The notes under the pieces: generated by a model
Database searches by the model: none
What the model was told of the DNA's origin: nothing
What the model saw: only the letters and a program-made list of their open reading frames with translations
Translations under genes and position numbers: made by a program
From: an uncultured Candidatus Saccharibacteria bacterium
Lineage (GTDB): Bacteria > Patescibacteriota > Minisyncoccia > Phycocordibacterales > Phycocordibacteraceae
Length of the DNA: 64,000 bases
Assembly: GCA_964593365.1 (NCBI GenBank)
Contig: CAZQGQ010000001.1
Location: 50,153-114,152, forward strand
Direction: 5' to 3'
Shown here: positions 1 through 9,186 of the stretch, piece after piece
Layout of the letters: each line of letters begins with the position of its first letter
Numbering within the stretch: the stretch's first letter is position 1

Positions 1-3000
1 TTCAAGCTCGTTGTCTCCGTCGCTCGTTGAGACGTAGTTCCAGCCTGACTGCGCGAGCTCGCCTGCGGTGTACGCGCCGTACGGTACGTCGGTGAACGTG
101 ACGCAGCCGTTTTGGCCTGTGACACCTGCGTATCCTTCAGAGAGGCTTACGGCAAGTGTTCCACTGTTGTCTGCATACCAGCTTTCGTTTGCGGTCGTTC
201 CCGATCCGTCGAAGACGCGGAAGTTAGCCGTGCCATCCGCTGCTTGCGTGAATGACTGGGCGTACGCATGAGCTGGTGAGTACGGGCTCCAATCACTATT
301 AGGATCGAACGCCTCGTTGATCTGCAGTTCGAGGATATCGGTCTGGTAGGTCGTGTAACCGTCCATCCAGGTCGTCCATCCGTCGGTCGTCGAGTACTCG
401 GCGTCTACGATGTTTGCTCCCCACTGGTTGGTCCAGGTGCCAAGCGCTGAAGCGATGTAGGACATCCCTCCTTCAAGCGAGTTGACGGTGTCTATTCCAG
501 CGACGTTAGTCGAAGGAACCACAAGGTCCTCGATGTGAGTGCCTGCAAGCGTGAGCGTCCAGCCTGAGAGTGGCTCCTCGTTCTCGTTCACCTTACACAT
601 GGTGACTGTTGAGAATTGTGCCGGCGGCATGACGCACTCGTTTTCATTGACCGTGAGCTTGTAGAGAAGACCCGCTGGGTTGGTTTCCGGCGTGTTCTCC
701 GTTTCATGGTCCATGTTCGTCACCTCGAAGGTAATCGTGTTGGTTCCGTTTATAAGGACGGAAGCCGGAACAGCACAGTCGGTGGTGTCTCCGTAGTTGA
801 ATTCCCCATCGTCGTCACAGACCGTCTGGTTGTTCACTTTGACGACGTAGCTGTTGTCAGCGGCGAGCTCGAGCGTTGAATCAAGCGGCGTGCCGATGAT
901 CTCGAAGGTGCGGGTGAAGGTTTCGGTCGTTCCGTCTGCAGCGTCCTCGTTTGAGGTTCCTGCATCCTTCCAGATCCAGAGCGCATCTACTGCGTCTACC
1001 CAAGAAGTGTGGAGGAATTCTCCGACGATTGAAGCAGGACCGTCCTCATCTTCAGTGAGGAGTTCTCCCTCTTCGCTGTCGCTTGAGAGAAGAATGTTCG
1101 ATGCGCTGACGTCGCAGGCACCACCCTCATCAATCGGTGCGTTAAATGCCACACAGTAGTAGGTCTCGTCTTCTGTTCCATCAATCCATACCCAGTTGTC
1201 GTAATGAAGGACGTCAGTCGAGCAGTAGAACTCAGCAGATACTGGCTGATCGGTAACCTGTCCCGTGAACGGGATGTAGCCTTCCTTCAATACTTCGCGG
1301 ACGCGGATGTTTGCGTCTACGGGAACTTCGGTAGAAACCGTTCCTGTTTCATCAGTGGTGAAGGTTGCCCACGGAGCTTCAAGCGGCGTGGAACCGTTAT
1401 CCTCTGGATCCCCTGTTGCGTCTGTTGCCCACTGGAAATCCCAGTTAGGTGCAAGGTAGCAGCTCTCGTTTTCCTCGAGGAAGTCAGCTGCGGTGTCGGC
1501 GGTGATTTCAGATACGACGCCTCCTGCTCCCCAGTTTGGAAGCATTTCTTCTGTGGGGCAGACGATCTTCGTTGCAACAAGCGTTGCGGTTTCTGGAGGC
1601 GCTTCGCATGACAAGCTTGCGTTGTCGACGAAGGTTCCAAAGGAGTCATTCGTTGATCCTGCATCGCGGAAGGTGATTTCCGTTGCGTAGGAGTCTGCAA
1701 TAAAGCTGTAGGTGTGCGCAGTCCACTCGGTCTGTGCGCCGGTAGCAGCCAAGGGGCCTACCGTGCCAATGACGTCATCGTTTGCGAGCACCTCTACCTT
1801 GTTCTCCCCCGCTGCTGTTCCTGGGCGTGGTGAGAAGTCGAAGGTGAGCGTGTATGACTCGCCAGGAACGGTTGGAACGGTCTGTGAGATAGCGATCTGG
1901 CTTGCTTCACCAGATTGTCCACTCGTAGGTCCGCCCCAGTCAGTATCAAGTTCGGTCCACTGGTCTCCGGTTGCTCCGTTAAGCGTTGAAGCGGTCCAGC
2001 CGTTTAGGCCAGACTCCTGCACTTCAAGATTCGCAACGTCAGGACGTCCGAGAGCCGGTACGCCAAGCCACTGCGCAATCCAATCGATGGTGCCGGACTG
2101 GAAGATGTCCCACTGTGCGCCTGCGGTGACGTCTACGTTTTCGAAGTCGCCGTTAGCAAGGAGTTCTTCGCCGGTTTCGCAAACGGCAGTTCCTTCACAG
2201 CTGTCGACATGGAGCGAGACCACAACGTCGTTGTAGTCTTCGTCTCCTGCGGCAAATACGAGGTCTTCGAATGCGATGGCGTACTCGTTGTCGGCGATGT
2301 TGTATGAGAGCGCATGCGCTTCCCCACCGAAGTTCATCGAGTCGTCCGTTGCGAAGTAGGTGTATACCGATCCGTCCCAGTCAGCGATAGCGAAGACGAT
2401 GTCGTTAACCACTGCTGTTGAGAACGATGCTGAGTTTCCAACTGAAAGTTCGGGAACAGCGGCATACGGAGCTCCGACGGTTCCTTCGCGGAAGACCGGC
2501 GTGAAGCTTCCACCGTTAAGGTAGTAACCAAACACGTGAGTATGTGCGGAGTTGGAATCCTGGCTGAGGTTTTCGACAGTGAAGTCGACAGAGTTTCCCG
2601 TGCCGCTCCATGACTGGAAGTTTTCCTGTTCGGTCGCTGCATCAGGAGCGTTAGCTCCGTACTCACCATCAAGGAGTTCCTGAAGCGTCTCTTCTGCTTC
2701 TGGAGTTACGCCGATAACAACTGTTTCGTCAGATGCCTCTGGAACGATACAGGTGTTTACGGGGTCAGTGTCTACCACTGGCGGCTCGCCGCAGTTGCTA
2801 CCGTCTACCGTGAGGCGGAAAATAAGGCCTGCTGGGTTGTTTTGCGGGTTGGCGTCTCCTCCTTTGTTGAAGACGGTAATCTCAAGCGTGTTGGTTCCTG
2901 CAATAAGACCAGTAACCGGGATGGTGGTGGTTGGGTTGAAGGTATTCCCTGGGTTAGCAAGTTCGTTAGTTCCCTGCTGAACGGTGTTTACCTTAACCAA

Positions 3001-3360
3001 GTATCCGTTATCAGATGCGAGCGTGAGTGTTGCAGATGCGGGCAATTCTTGAAGAGAGAACGTTTTTGTGAAAACTTGCGTTTCATCGACTGACGAATCG
3101 ACGACCGGGTTGTCGCCCCAGATCCAAGCAGCAGCTGGCTCAAGATCATGGTTCCAGTTCGGATGGACGAAGGTGAGTTCGTCAGCTGGCTGGCCGTCCT
3201 CTAGTGTTGTGTCGTCACTTACGATGACGCACTGCTCAGGCGCTTCTTGGGCCTGCACTGGGGTCACGTTGGTGAAGTATCCTCCTACGAGCGAAATCGC
3301 AAGTAATAGAGCAACACTGCGCCTTGCTGTAGCGCGTGACCAGAAAGAAATAATATTCAT
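1..3360 (-). CDS. Large secreted surface protein (partial; C-terminus lies beyond the window start). It has a signal peptide, internally repeated domains and a DUF4114-like DYNDVV motif.
   Basis: Reverse-complement translation from the ATG at 3360 gives MNIISFWSRATARRSVALLLAISLVGGYFTNVTPVQAQEA, a signal peptide. I checked the frame at 2760, 2280, 120 and 60 and it stays open with sensible protein, e.g. AIAFEDLVFAAGDEDYNDVV. Repeated motifs NPAGLIFRLTVDGSNC and NPAGLLYKLTVNENEC occur. Plus-strand ORFs in the track (68..3622) are shadow ORFs. Confidence 0.7.
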   Translation of the reverse strand, partial: MNIISFWSRATARRSVALLLAISLVGGYFTNVTPVQAQEAPEQCVIVSDDTTLEDGQPADELTFVHPNWNHDLEPAAAWIWGDNPVVDSSVDETQVFTKTFSLQELPASATLTLASDNGYLVKVNTVQQGTNELANPGNTFNPTTTIPVTGLIAGTNTLEITVFNKGGDANPQNNPAGLIFRLTVDGSNCGEPPVVDTDPVNTCIVPEASDETVVIGVTPEAEETLQELLDGEYGANAPDAATEQENFQSWSGTGNSVDFTVENLSQDSNSAHTHVFGYYLNGGSFTPVFREGTVGAPYAAVPELSVGNSASFSTAVVNDIVFAIADWDGSVYTYFATDDSMNFGGEAHALSYNIADNEYAIAFEDLVFAAGDEDYNDVVVSLHVDSCEGTAVCETGEELLANGDFENVDVTAGAQWDIFQSGTIDWIAQWLGVPALGRPDVANLEVQESGLNGWTASTLNGATGDQWTELDTDWGGPTSGQSGEASQIAISQTVPTVPGESYTLTFDFSPRPGTAAGENKVEVLANDDVIGTVGPLAATGAQTEWTAHTYSFIADSYATEITFRDAGSTNDSFGTFVDNASLSCEAPPETATLVATKIVCPTEEMLPNWGAGGVVSEITADTAADFLEENESCYLAPNWDFQWATDATGDPEDNGSTPLEAPWATFTTDETGTVSTEVPVDANIRVREVLKEGYIPFTGQVTDQPVSAEFYCSTDVLHYDNWVWIDGTEDETYYCVAFNAPIDEGGACDVSASNILLSSDSEEGELLTEDEDGPASIVGEFLHTSWVDAVDALWIWKDAGTSNEDAADGTTETFTRTFEIIGTPLDSTLELAADNSYVVKVNNQTVCDDDGEFNYGDTTDCAVPASVLINGTNTITFEVTNMDHETENTPETNPAGLLYKLTVNENECVMPPAQFSTVTMCKVNENEEPLSGWTLTLAGTHIEDLVVPSTNVAGIDTVNSLEGGMSYIASALGTWTNQWGANIVDAEYSTTDGWTTWMDGYTTYQTDILELQINEAFDPNSDWSPYSPAHAYAQSFTQAADGTANFRVFDGSGTTANESWYADNSGTLAVSLSEGYAGVTGQNGCVTFTDVPYGAYTAGELAQSGWNYVSTSDGDNELE

Positions 3361-3652
3361 GTTTAAGAGGAATTACCGCAGTGCTGTTACGCGCTGCTTT
3401 GTGCACATTTTATTAAAGAGACTTCCACGCCGCATTTTGCCCGCGCGTAGAGCTTATGGAGAAAAAAGGAGGTGCCCCGACGAAGGCTTAGGAACCTATG
3501 GTCGGAGATCGTTCTCTCTTCCGCACAAGGTACGAGCTTATGAGTACTCTATCCCTACCAGGAGGTATGTCAATAGAAGGACACATTCTTCGTCTTCAGG
3601 CAATACTCATGTTGCACACTGATAGAATGCTCACAATGAAGGTACATTTCGC

Positions 3653-4444
3653 ATGAAGATAGTTTCGTGGAACGTAAACGGCATCCGGGCAGTGCACCGA
3701 AAGGAGCTGTTCTTGCCCTTTATGAAACAGGTGAAGCCTGATGTTCTCTGCCTCCAGGAAACCAAGGCTCAGCAGCATCAGTCTGAAATCGACCTCCCAG
3801 GCTACGAGGAATACTGGTGCTCGGCAGATAAGAAGGGATATAGCGGAACGGCCATTTTCACCAAGACCGTCCCAAATAACGTTATTTTTGGCCTTCCTAC
3901 GGACATAGCCGATAAATACGGGCTCTCGAGGGACGGGTACGGAGACCCTAATAAGGAGGGCCGGGTCATCGCTGCTGACCTTGAACAGTTCTACGTAGTC
4001 TCCGTCTATACCCCTAACGCTAAGGACGATCTCTCTCGTCTTCCCCTTCGGCACAAGCAATGGGACCCTGCTTTTCTTGAGTACATGAAACGCCTCGAGG
4101 AAGAAAAACCGGTTATCTTCTGCGGGGATTTGAACGTCGCCCATACCCCAGATGACCTTGCCCGCCCCAAGCAAAACGTGGGAGTTAAAGGCTTTACTAA
4201 CGAAGAGCGGGAAGGAATACAGGGCATGATAGAGGCTGGATTTGTTGATACCTTCCGCATCTTTACTCAAGGTAACGGCCACTATAGTTGGTGGAGTCAT
4301 TTTGCACAGGCGCGAGAACGAAACGTTGGCTGGCGTATTGATTACATTTTCGTATCCGAAAAACTAGCATCAAAGGTTAAGAAAGCTGAGATACATCCAG
4401 ACATATTCGGCTCTGACCACTGCCCTGTCTCCATAACCTTATAA
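3653..4444 (+). CDS. xth: Exodeoxyribonuclease III / AP endonuclease
   Basis: 263 aa. MKIVSWNVNGIRA ... CLQETK ... SDHCPV motifs, typical of the ExoIII/EEP family. Confidence 0.9.
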   Translation: MKIVSWNVNGIRAVHRKELFLPFMKQVKPDVLCLQETKAQQHQSEIDLPGYEEYWCSADKKGYSGTAIFTKTVPNNVIFGLPTDIADKYGLSRDGYGDPNKEGRVIAADLEQFYVVSVYTPNAKDDLSRLPLRHKQWDPAFLEYMKRLEEEKPVIFCGDLNVAHTPDDLARPKQNVGVKGFTNEEREGIQGMIEAGFVDTFRIFTQGNGHYSWWSHFAQARERNVGWRIDYIFVSEKLASKVKKAEIHPDIFGSDHCPVSITL

Positions 4445-4835
4445 AGGACATATAGGACATTATCCACAGACAGCGTAGGTTGTTTGTCCTTTATAACGTA
4501 TGATAGATCCTAGACCCGCGGCGGCAGAACTCTTAGGAGCTGTCCGTGGTTACGGCACAGTTCTTTGAGAGCTCTTTCATCATCGCGTCTAACGCTAAGC
4601 TTTTCCCTTCAACGTAACCGGGGCGTATCCCCTGAAATATTCTGGAAGCGGAAATTGCATGCGAGACGGCGCAGAAAACAATAAAAGCCGCCAAGCTGCC
4701 CACTCCTGGAAACTACCCAATCATTTGCCCGCTCACTATTTGGTTTCCAACTAAGCAAGGCGGCTTTTTTATACCTGAAATAGACGAAAAACCTATATTA
4801 TACAACGTATAAATGGACGTTTCACACGAAACCCC

Positions 4836-6299
4836 CTAGCAAACGTGGTGCTTTTCAAGAATCTTCTGTAATTCTGCCTCCTCTGCGTCTTCTCGCTTCT
4901 TCTTGCCTGACTCCCCTAGAGTCTTAAGTTCTCCTTCCGGAAGGGTAAGCAGTGCCTGAGTTCTTTCGTCTAGGTATTTCTCGGTATTCTTCTTCGGGTC
5001 TTCAAGGACCTCTTCAAGGAGGGCGTTTAGTACGAAGCCTATGCTTGGACCTGGTTTCACGTGAAAGACCTCCATAAGCCTGGTGCCGTCAGTCTTAAGC
5101 ATGCTGACTGATATCGGGTCCCTAAGCGCTTCCTCAACCATTGCCTTGTACTTGCGGAAACGGAAAGGCTGCTCTTTAGGACGCCCCGTCCCTATACGGT
5201 CGCAAATGCGGAGGTTCAATAGATCCCATATATTCTCTTCTCCTACGTTTCGTATGATCCTTCGAACAGCAGACAAAGTTATCTGATCCGGGTCAGAGAA
5301 GAACATATGCCAGCGGACAAGCTTTACTACCTTATCTATCGTTTCACGTGAAAACCTCAGGTCTTTAAGGGCTTTTTCGGCTACACGGGCTCCGACGACC
5401 TCATGGCCATGGAACGTCCAGTCCTTCTTCTCTTCAGACCAGCGTCTGGTTTCAGGTTTAGAGACGTCGTGGAACAGGGCAGCGAGGCGTATATCAAAAT
5501 CCCATTCCTTATCGGCTGCGTGCTGCATGGAACGCATAAGATGTCCGAATACGTCATAGCTATGTGCCTGGTTCTGATCTATCCCGATGCCTCGCGTAAG
5601 GTCAGGGGCGATGTACTCAAGGATGCCTAGTTGCTGGGAAAGGGTAAGGGCCATCATCGGCTGTTCAGACTGGAGGATCCTGGAGAACTCATCCCGGATT
5701 CTTTCACGTGAAACGTGGGTCAAATTATGGCCTTTTTGCTGTATTGCAGCCGCTGTATCCGTATCTAGGGCAAAATTGAGCTCTGCGACCAAGCGGACAG
5801 CCCGCATGAGGCGAAGAGCATCTTCCTCGAACCTCTCCTCAGGGACACCGACGGTTCGAAGCACCCGAAGCTCAATGTCCTTTTGTCCTTTATAAGGATC
5901 TACGAGTTGTCCTTTAGAATCATCAAGGGCGATTGCGTTAATCGTAAAGTCACGGCGTGCCAGATCTTCTTCCAAACTCTCTCCAAAGGAAACGGCGTCA
6001 GGACGACGCTTGTCGGAATACCCGGTCTCAGTTCGATAGGGAGTTACCTCAACGATCGCGACGGTTGGGTCCTCTGACCCAGTCTTTACCCCGACAGTGC
6101 CGAAGTCATTTTCATAAAAAGAGTCAGGGAATACGCGCTGGATATCAGCTGGTTTTGCGTTAGTCGTGACGTCCCAGTCCTTTGGTTTCCTGCCAAGGAG
6201 GATATCTCGAACGCATCCGCCGACAAGATATGCCTCGAACCCTTCGCTTCGAAGACTCGCTGCAACTACGGTCACTTCTTGGGGAACGGAAAAGCTCAT
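4836..6299 (-). CDS. cca: CCA-adding tRNA nucleotidyltransferase (PolyA polymerase head plus HD domain)
   Basis: 487 aa. LVGGCVRDILLGRKPKDWDVTT nucleotidyltransferase motif, RDFTINA, and an HD domain (LFHDVSKP). Confidence 0.85.
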   Translation of the reverse strand: MSFSVPQEVTVVAASLRSEGFEAYLVGGCVRDILLGRKPKDWDVTTNAKPADIQRVFPDSFYENDFGTVGVKTGSEDPTVAIVEVTPYRTETGYSDKRRPDAVSFGESLEEDLARRDFTINAIALDDSKGQLVDPYKGQKDIELRVLRTVGVPEERFEEDALRLMRAVRLVAELNFALDTDTAAAIQQKGHNLTHVSRERIRDEFSRILQSEQPMMALTLSQQLGILEYIAPDLTRGIGIDQNQAHSYDVFGHLMRSMQHAADKEWDFDIRLAALFHDVSKPETRRWSEEKKDWTFHGHEVVGARVAEKALKDLRFSRETIDKVVKLVRWHMFFSDPDQITLSAVRRIIRNVGEENIWDLLNLRICDRIGTGRPKEQPFRFRKYKAMVEEALRDPISVSMLKTDGTRLMEVFHVKPGPSIGFVLNALLEEVLEDPKKNTEKYLDERTQALLTLPEGELKTLGESGKKKREDAEEAELQKILEKHHVC

Positions 6300-6358
6300 A
6301 GGTAAAATACTAGTATGCAGGTAGCCAATCTCCTAGGGTTCGCGTAGTATTTCAGTAC

Positions 6359-6431
6359 GCTCCTGTGGTGAAACGGATATCATTACTGTCTTCGGAACAG
6401 TCGTTCCAGGTTCGAGTCCTGGCGGGAGCAC
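6359..6431 (+). tRNA. tRNA-Arg (anticodon TCG)
   Basis: Manual cloverleaf fold. Acceptor GCTCCTG/CGGGAGC, D-arm with GG, anticodon stem ACTGT/ACAGT with loop CTTCGGA, T-arm CCAGG-TTCGAGT-CCTGG, discriminator A. No full CCA encoded. Confidence 0.8.
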
Positions 6432-6476
6432 AAGCGAATTGAAGAAACGAAAAGAGTGTGCGACCATAGAGTTCGC

Positions 6477-6550
6477 GCGGATATGGTTTAGTGGTAAAAC
6501 GGGTCCTTGCCAAGGACCAGTCGGGAGTTCGATTCTCCCTATCCGCACCA
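6477..6550 (+). tRNA. tRNA-Gly (anticodon GCC), 3' CCA encoded
   Basis: Acceptor GCGGATA/TATCCGC, anticodon stem GGTCC/GGACC with loop TTGCCAA, T-loop GTTCGATTC. Ends ACCA. Confidence 0.85.
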
Positions 6551-6556
6551 GTCAGG

Positions 6557-6584
6557 AAAGCGGCCCCATAAGGGCCGTTTTTCC
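6557..6584 (+). terminator. Rho-independent terminator after tRNA-Gly
   Basis: AAAGCGGCCC-cataa-GGGCCGTTTTTCC hairpin followed by a T-run. Confidence 0.6.
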
Positions 6585-6741
6585 GTTCATTAGGACCTGT
6601 GTATAAAGGTGTTGGCAGTGGGGATAAAAGACAAAAGTCACTCTCGGTCAATTTCCGTTAGTCCGAGAAATACCCATATAACAGGCCGTACTCTTCAAGG
6701 TCGGAGCACTCATTTGTTTTTCACGAAAAGACACTCTCAAT

Positions 6742-6815
6742 TGGTCGGGCCGCCGAGAATCGAACTCGGTCTCTCTGCTCCCAAAGCAGATGTACTACCG
6801 GTATACTACGGCCCG
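6742..6815 (-). tRNA. tRNA-Pro (anticodon TGG)
   Basis: Reverse complement CGGGCCG-TA-GTAT...TCTGC-TTTGGGA-GCAGA...CCGAG-TTCGATT-CTCGG-CGGCCCG-A-CCA. Full cloverleaf; CCA present. Confidence 0.8.
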
Positions 6816-6845
6816 CTTCAGGGCATCCTAGCACAAACTTTCGCT

Positions 6846-8054
6846 TTATTCCGCCTCTGCAATCGCTTCTTCGAGGATATCGAGAAGATCTGATGCGCGG
6901 CCGCGGAAGTTCGCGACGAGTGTTGGTGTGTTTCCCTTGAGATAGGCATCAAGGTCGCTGTTCATGTCAGCGCGGAAGCTGCGGCGCACATGATCCATGG
7001 TGAGTGCCTGCAGTTCGCGAAGGGAAAGATCCGGTTTCACGCTTCGGGTCGAGATAAGTCCGATAAGGCGTCGGTTCTCGTTTATGACAGCGCCTCCGGA
7101 GGATCCTTCCTGGGCTGCAGGGCCCGCCTTGACCGAGAAGATATCGGTGCGGTTCCCGCCGAAGGTATATACGTCGTTTACGGGGGCGAAGCTTATTGTC
7201 GGATAGAGGGATGAGCGTACCTGGGAGCTCGTCAGGAACTCAGCGGCATAGGAGCCAATGCCTACCTGGTCTCCTATCTCTATATCTGTCGCCGAGGAGG
7301 CAAGCGGGATATGGATGAAAGAAGAGGGAACAGAAGACCCTGTCAGGCTTCCGGTGACCGCCACGAAAGCAAAGTCATCCTGGCCGGTGCCGGTGGGACG
7401 AGTCGAAAGGAAAGTACCGGGGTTGTCCTTTATCCAGTCAGAGGAGATGTAGATAAGTTCGGCAGTGTAGGCATTTTTGGCTGGGCTTCCGGTCCGGATA
7501 TAGCAGTGGCCGGCATTCTCTTGCGGGTAGTCGGTCAGAAGGAAGCCTTGCGCGACGTGTGCGACGGTCATGATGATTCCTTTTGAGTCCACCACCACTC
7601 CAGAGCCCGAGCTTCCGCGAAGGCCTCCTCCTTGGACGCAGATGATATTTACGACCGCACCCTTAAGAAGAGCTTCAGTCGTGAGCTTTACATCAACGTT
7701 GGGGACAACCGGCGCTACGGGCGCTGTTGGCGTTACCGGCGCGACTATTTGCGGGGGAGTAGGAACCGGGAGCGGGGTGAAGGGAACCGTCGGGGTTGTC
7801 GTTGGAACCGGCTTAGGTGTTTGGGGAACTGCGGGAGTGACCGTTGCAGTTGAGCTTGCAGCTTCGGCAAGCTCATCGATCAGTATTTCAAACGGGGAGG
7901 GTCCTGGGTCTATCGCTGGAACCACTTCCGCCACTTCTACCGGCGGAATCTCGATCTCAGGAGGAGGTCCTGAGAACTGGTGGTACTGGGTAACCACGGT
8001 CGCCCAGAAGGTAAGGGCGCCCGCGGCTACGATTGAGACGATGTGCTGGAGCAT
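6846..8054 (-). CDS. Membrane-anchored trypsin-like serine protease with a Pro/Thr-rich linker
   Basis: 402 aa. N-terminal TM helix, a long PTPV-rich linker, catalytic-type motifs TVAHVA and AQEGSSGGAV (GxSGG). Confidence 0.7.
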   Translation of the reverse strand: MLQHIVSIVAAGALTFWATVVTQYHQFSGPPPEIEIPPVEVAEVVPAIDPGPSPFEILIDELAEAASSTATVTPAVPQTPKPVPTTTPTVPFTPLPVPTPPQIVAPVTPTAPVAPVVPNVDVKLTTEALLKGAVVNIICVQGGGLRGSSGSGVVVDSKGIIMTVAHVAQGFLLTDYPQENAGHCYIRTGSPAKNAYTAELIYISSDWIKDNPGTFLSTRPTGTGQDDFAFVAVTGSLTGSSVPSSFIHIPLASSATDIEIGDQVGIGSYAAEFLTSSQVRSSLYPTISFAPVNDVYTFGGNRTDIFSVKAGPAAQEGSSGGAVINENRRLIGLISTRSVKPDLSLRELQALTMDHVRRSFRADMNSDLDAYLKGNTPTLVANFRGRASDLLDILEEAIAEAE

Positions 8055-8113
8055 TATTGGTATGCTACGCCAAAGCAGGCAAAAATACAGTGGTATGGTA
8101 TTCTCGCCCTATT

Positions 8114-8184
8114 GCGGGATTAGTTTAATGGTAGAACATCAGTTTTCCAAACTGAGAGCAGGAGTTCGATTCTCCTATCCCGCA
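8114..8184 (+). tRNA. tRNA-Gly (anticodon TCC)
   Basis: Acceptor GCGGGAT/ATCCCGC, anticodon stem TCAGT/ACTGA with loop TTTCCAA, T-arm AGGAG-TTCGATT-CTCCT, discriminator A. CCA not fully encoded (ACCC). Confidence 0.8.
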
Positions 8185-8267
8185 CCCACTAGTGCTAGTT
8201 CAAGAGACTGAGGTGCTTTGTAAGTAACCGGCTTCTCTGAGTTTATGAACGAAGCTATACTTGCTTC

Positions 8268-9122
8268 ATGATCGAACCCTTTCCACAGACTCCGCTGGGG
8301 AGCCCTTCTGAAGGCGTAAAAACTCCGGACTATTGGAAGGAGAATCACCAGTTTGTATATCCTAAAGGACTTTTCGATACGCAGTTCAGGTTTGCAAAAA
8401 TCATGGCAGAACGCGAAGGCGTTTCTGTTATTGAAGCTGTGGAGACATACGCTCCTCTGCTTAATAAAGCGATTCACACGGAAGGGGAAGACAACACACT
8501 TATACCTGGTCTTACAGATGAGAATCTTACTGAGGTAGGATATGCAGAAGTATTGAAGCGCCGCGAAAGCTACGACAAGAAGGGTCTTAAGTATCATGAC
8601 GAGAAAGAAGCTCGTTTCGGTTGTTCTTACTATCGCTACGACGATGCGACAAAAACCATCGCACTGCACTTCTTTAATGCTGAAGCTGAAGAAGAGTTCG
8701 AAGATGGTAAGGATGTATCAAAAGGACCCTTGAGCAAGGAGAGACTCGATCGTCGCAAGGCAGAACTTACAGACATGTTCCGTGACATTAAGGCTAAATA
8801 TCCAGATGCCAAATACGTGAGCGGTAGATCCAATCTCTATAATCTGGAAGCGTATCGACGCCTCTACCCACCTACGTATGAAGTAGGGAACATCGATTAC
8901 AATCCTGAGTTATGGAAAGGCCAAACAGACGTATGGGGTCAATTTCTTGGCGGGCATGACAAAGCTCCAGGTGAATACGGGTTTAAACAAGAACTTGCGG
9001 ATGACTTCTTAGAAAAAGCGAAACAAGTTCCGTTAGATAAGCTTGTTGATGCAACTTCCATGCCGCCACGTACTGCTCACGGCATCATACAGGATTTCTA
9101 CGACTTCTACGGAATTAAATAG
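8268..9122 (+). CDS. Hypothetical protein (284 aa)
   Basis: Long ORF with balanced composition and no domain I can name. Confidence 0.45.
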   Translation: MIEPFPQTPLGSPSEGVKTPDYWKENHQFVYPKGLFDTQFRFAKIMAEREGVSVIEAVETYAPLLNKAIHTEGEDNTLIPGLTDENLTEVGYAEVLKRRESYDKKGLKYHDEKEARFGCSYYRYDDATKTIALHFFNAEAEEEFEDGKDVSKGPLSKERLDRRKAELTDMFRDIKAKYPDAKYVSGRSNLYNLEAYRRLYPPTYEVGNIDYNPELWKGQTDVWGQFLGGHDKAPGEYGFKQELADDFLEKAKQVPLDKLVDATSMPPRTAHGIIQDFYDFYGIK

Positions 9123-9186
9123 CTAGACCGACAAAGTATCCTTCATGTGCCTCGCTCTACCTAGTTCGAGACTGAGGTGGGGCACA

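Noticed and set aside
68-3622. Nine plus-strand ORFs (67-184 aa) and four short minus-strand ORFs listed across this region
   Set aside because: All lie inside or antisense to the single long minus-strand reading frame that starts at 3360. Their products are Ser/Arg/Val-rich shadow translations. The long frame has a signal peptide and repeated domains.
3596-4300. 234 aa minus-strand ORF and 84 aa ORF overlapping xth
   Set aside because: Antisense to a clearly conserved ExoIII gene, and the product has no recognisable features.
8175-8669. 164 aa minus-strand ORF
   Set aside because: Overlaps tRNA-Gly(TCC) and the better plus-strand ORF 8268..9122. Cys/Phe-rich, implausible product.
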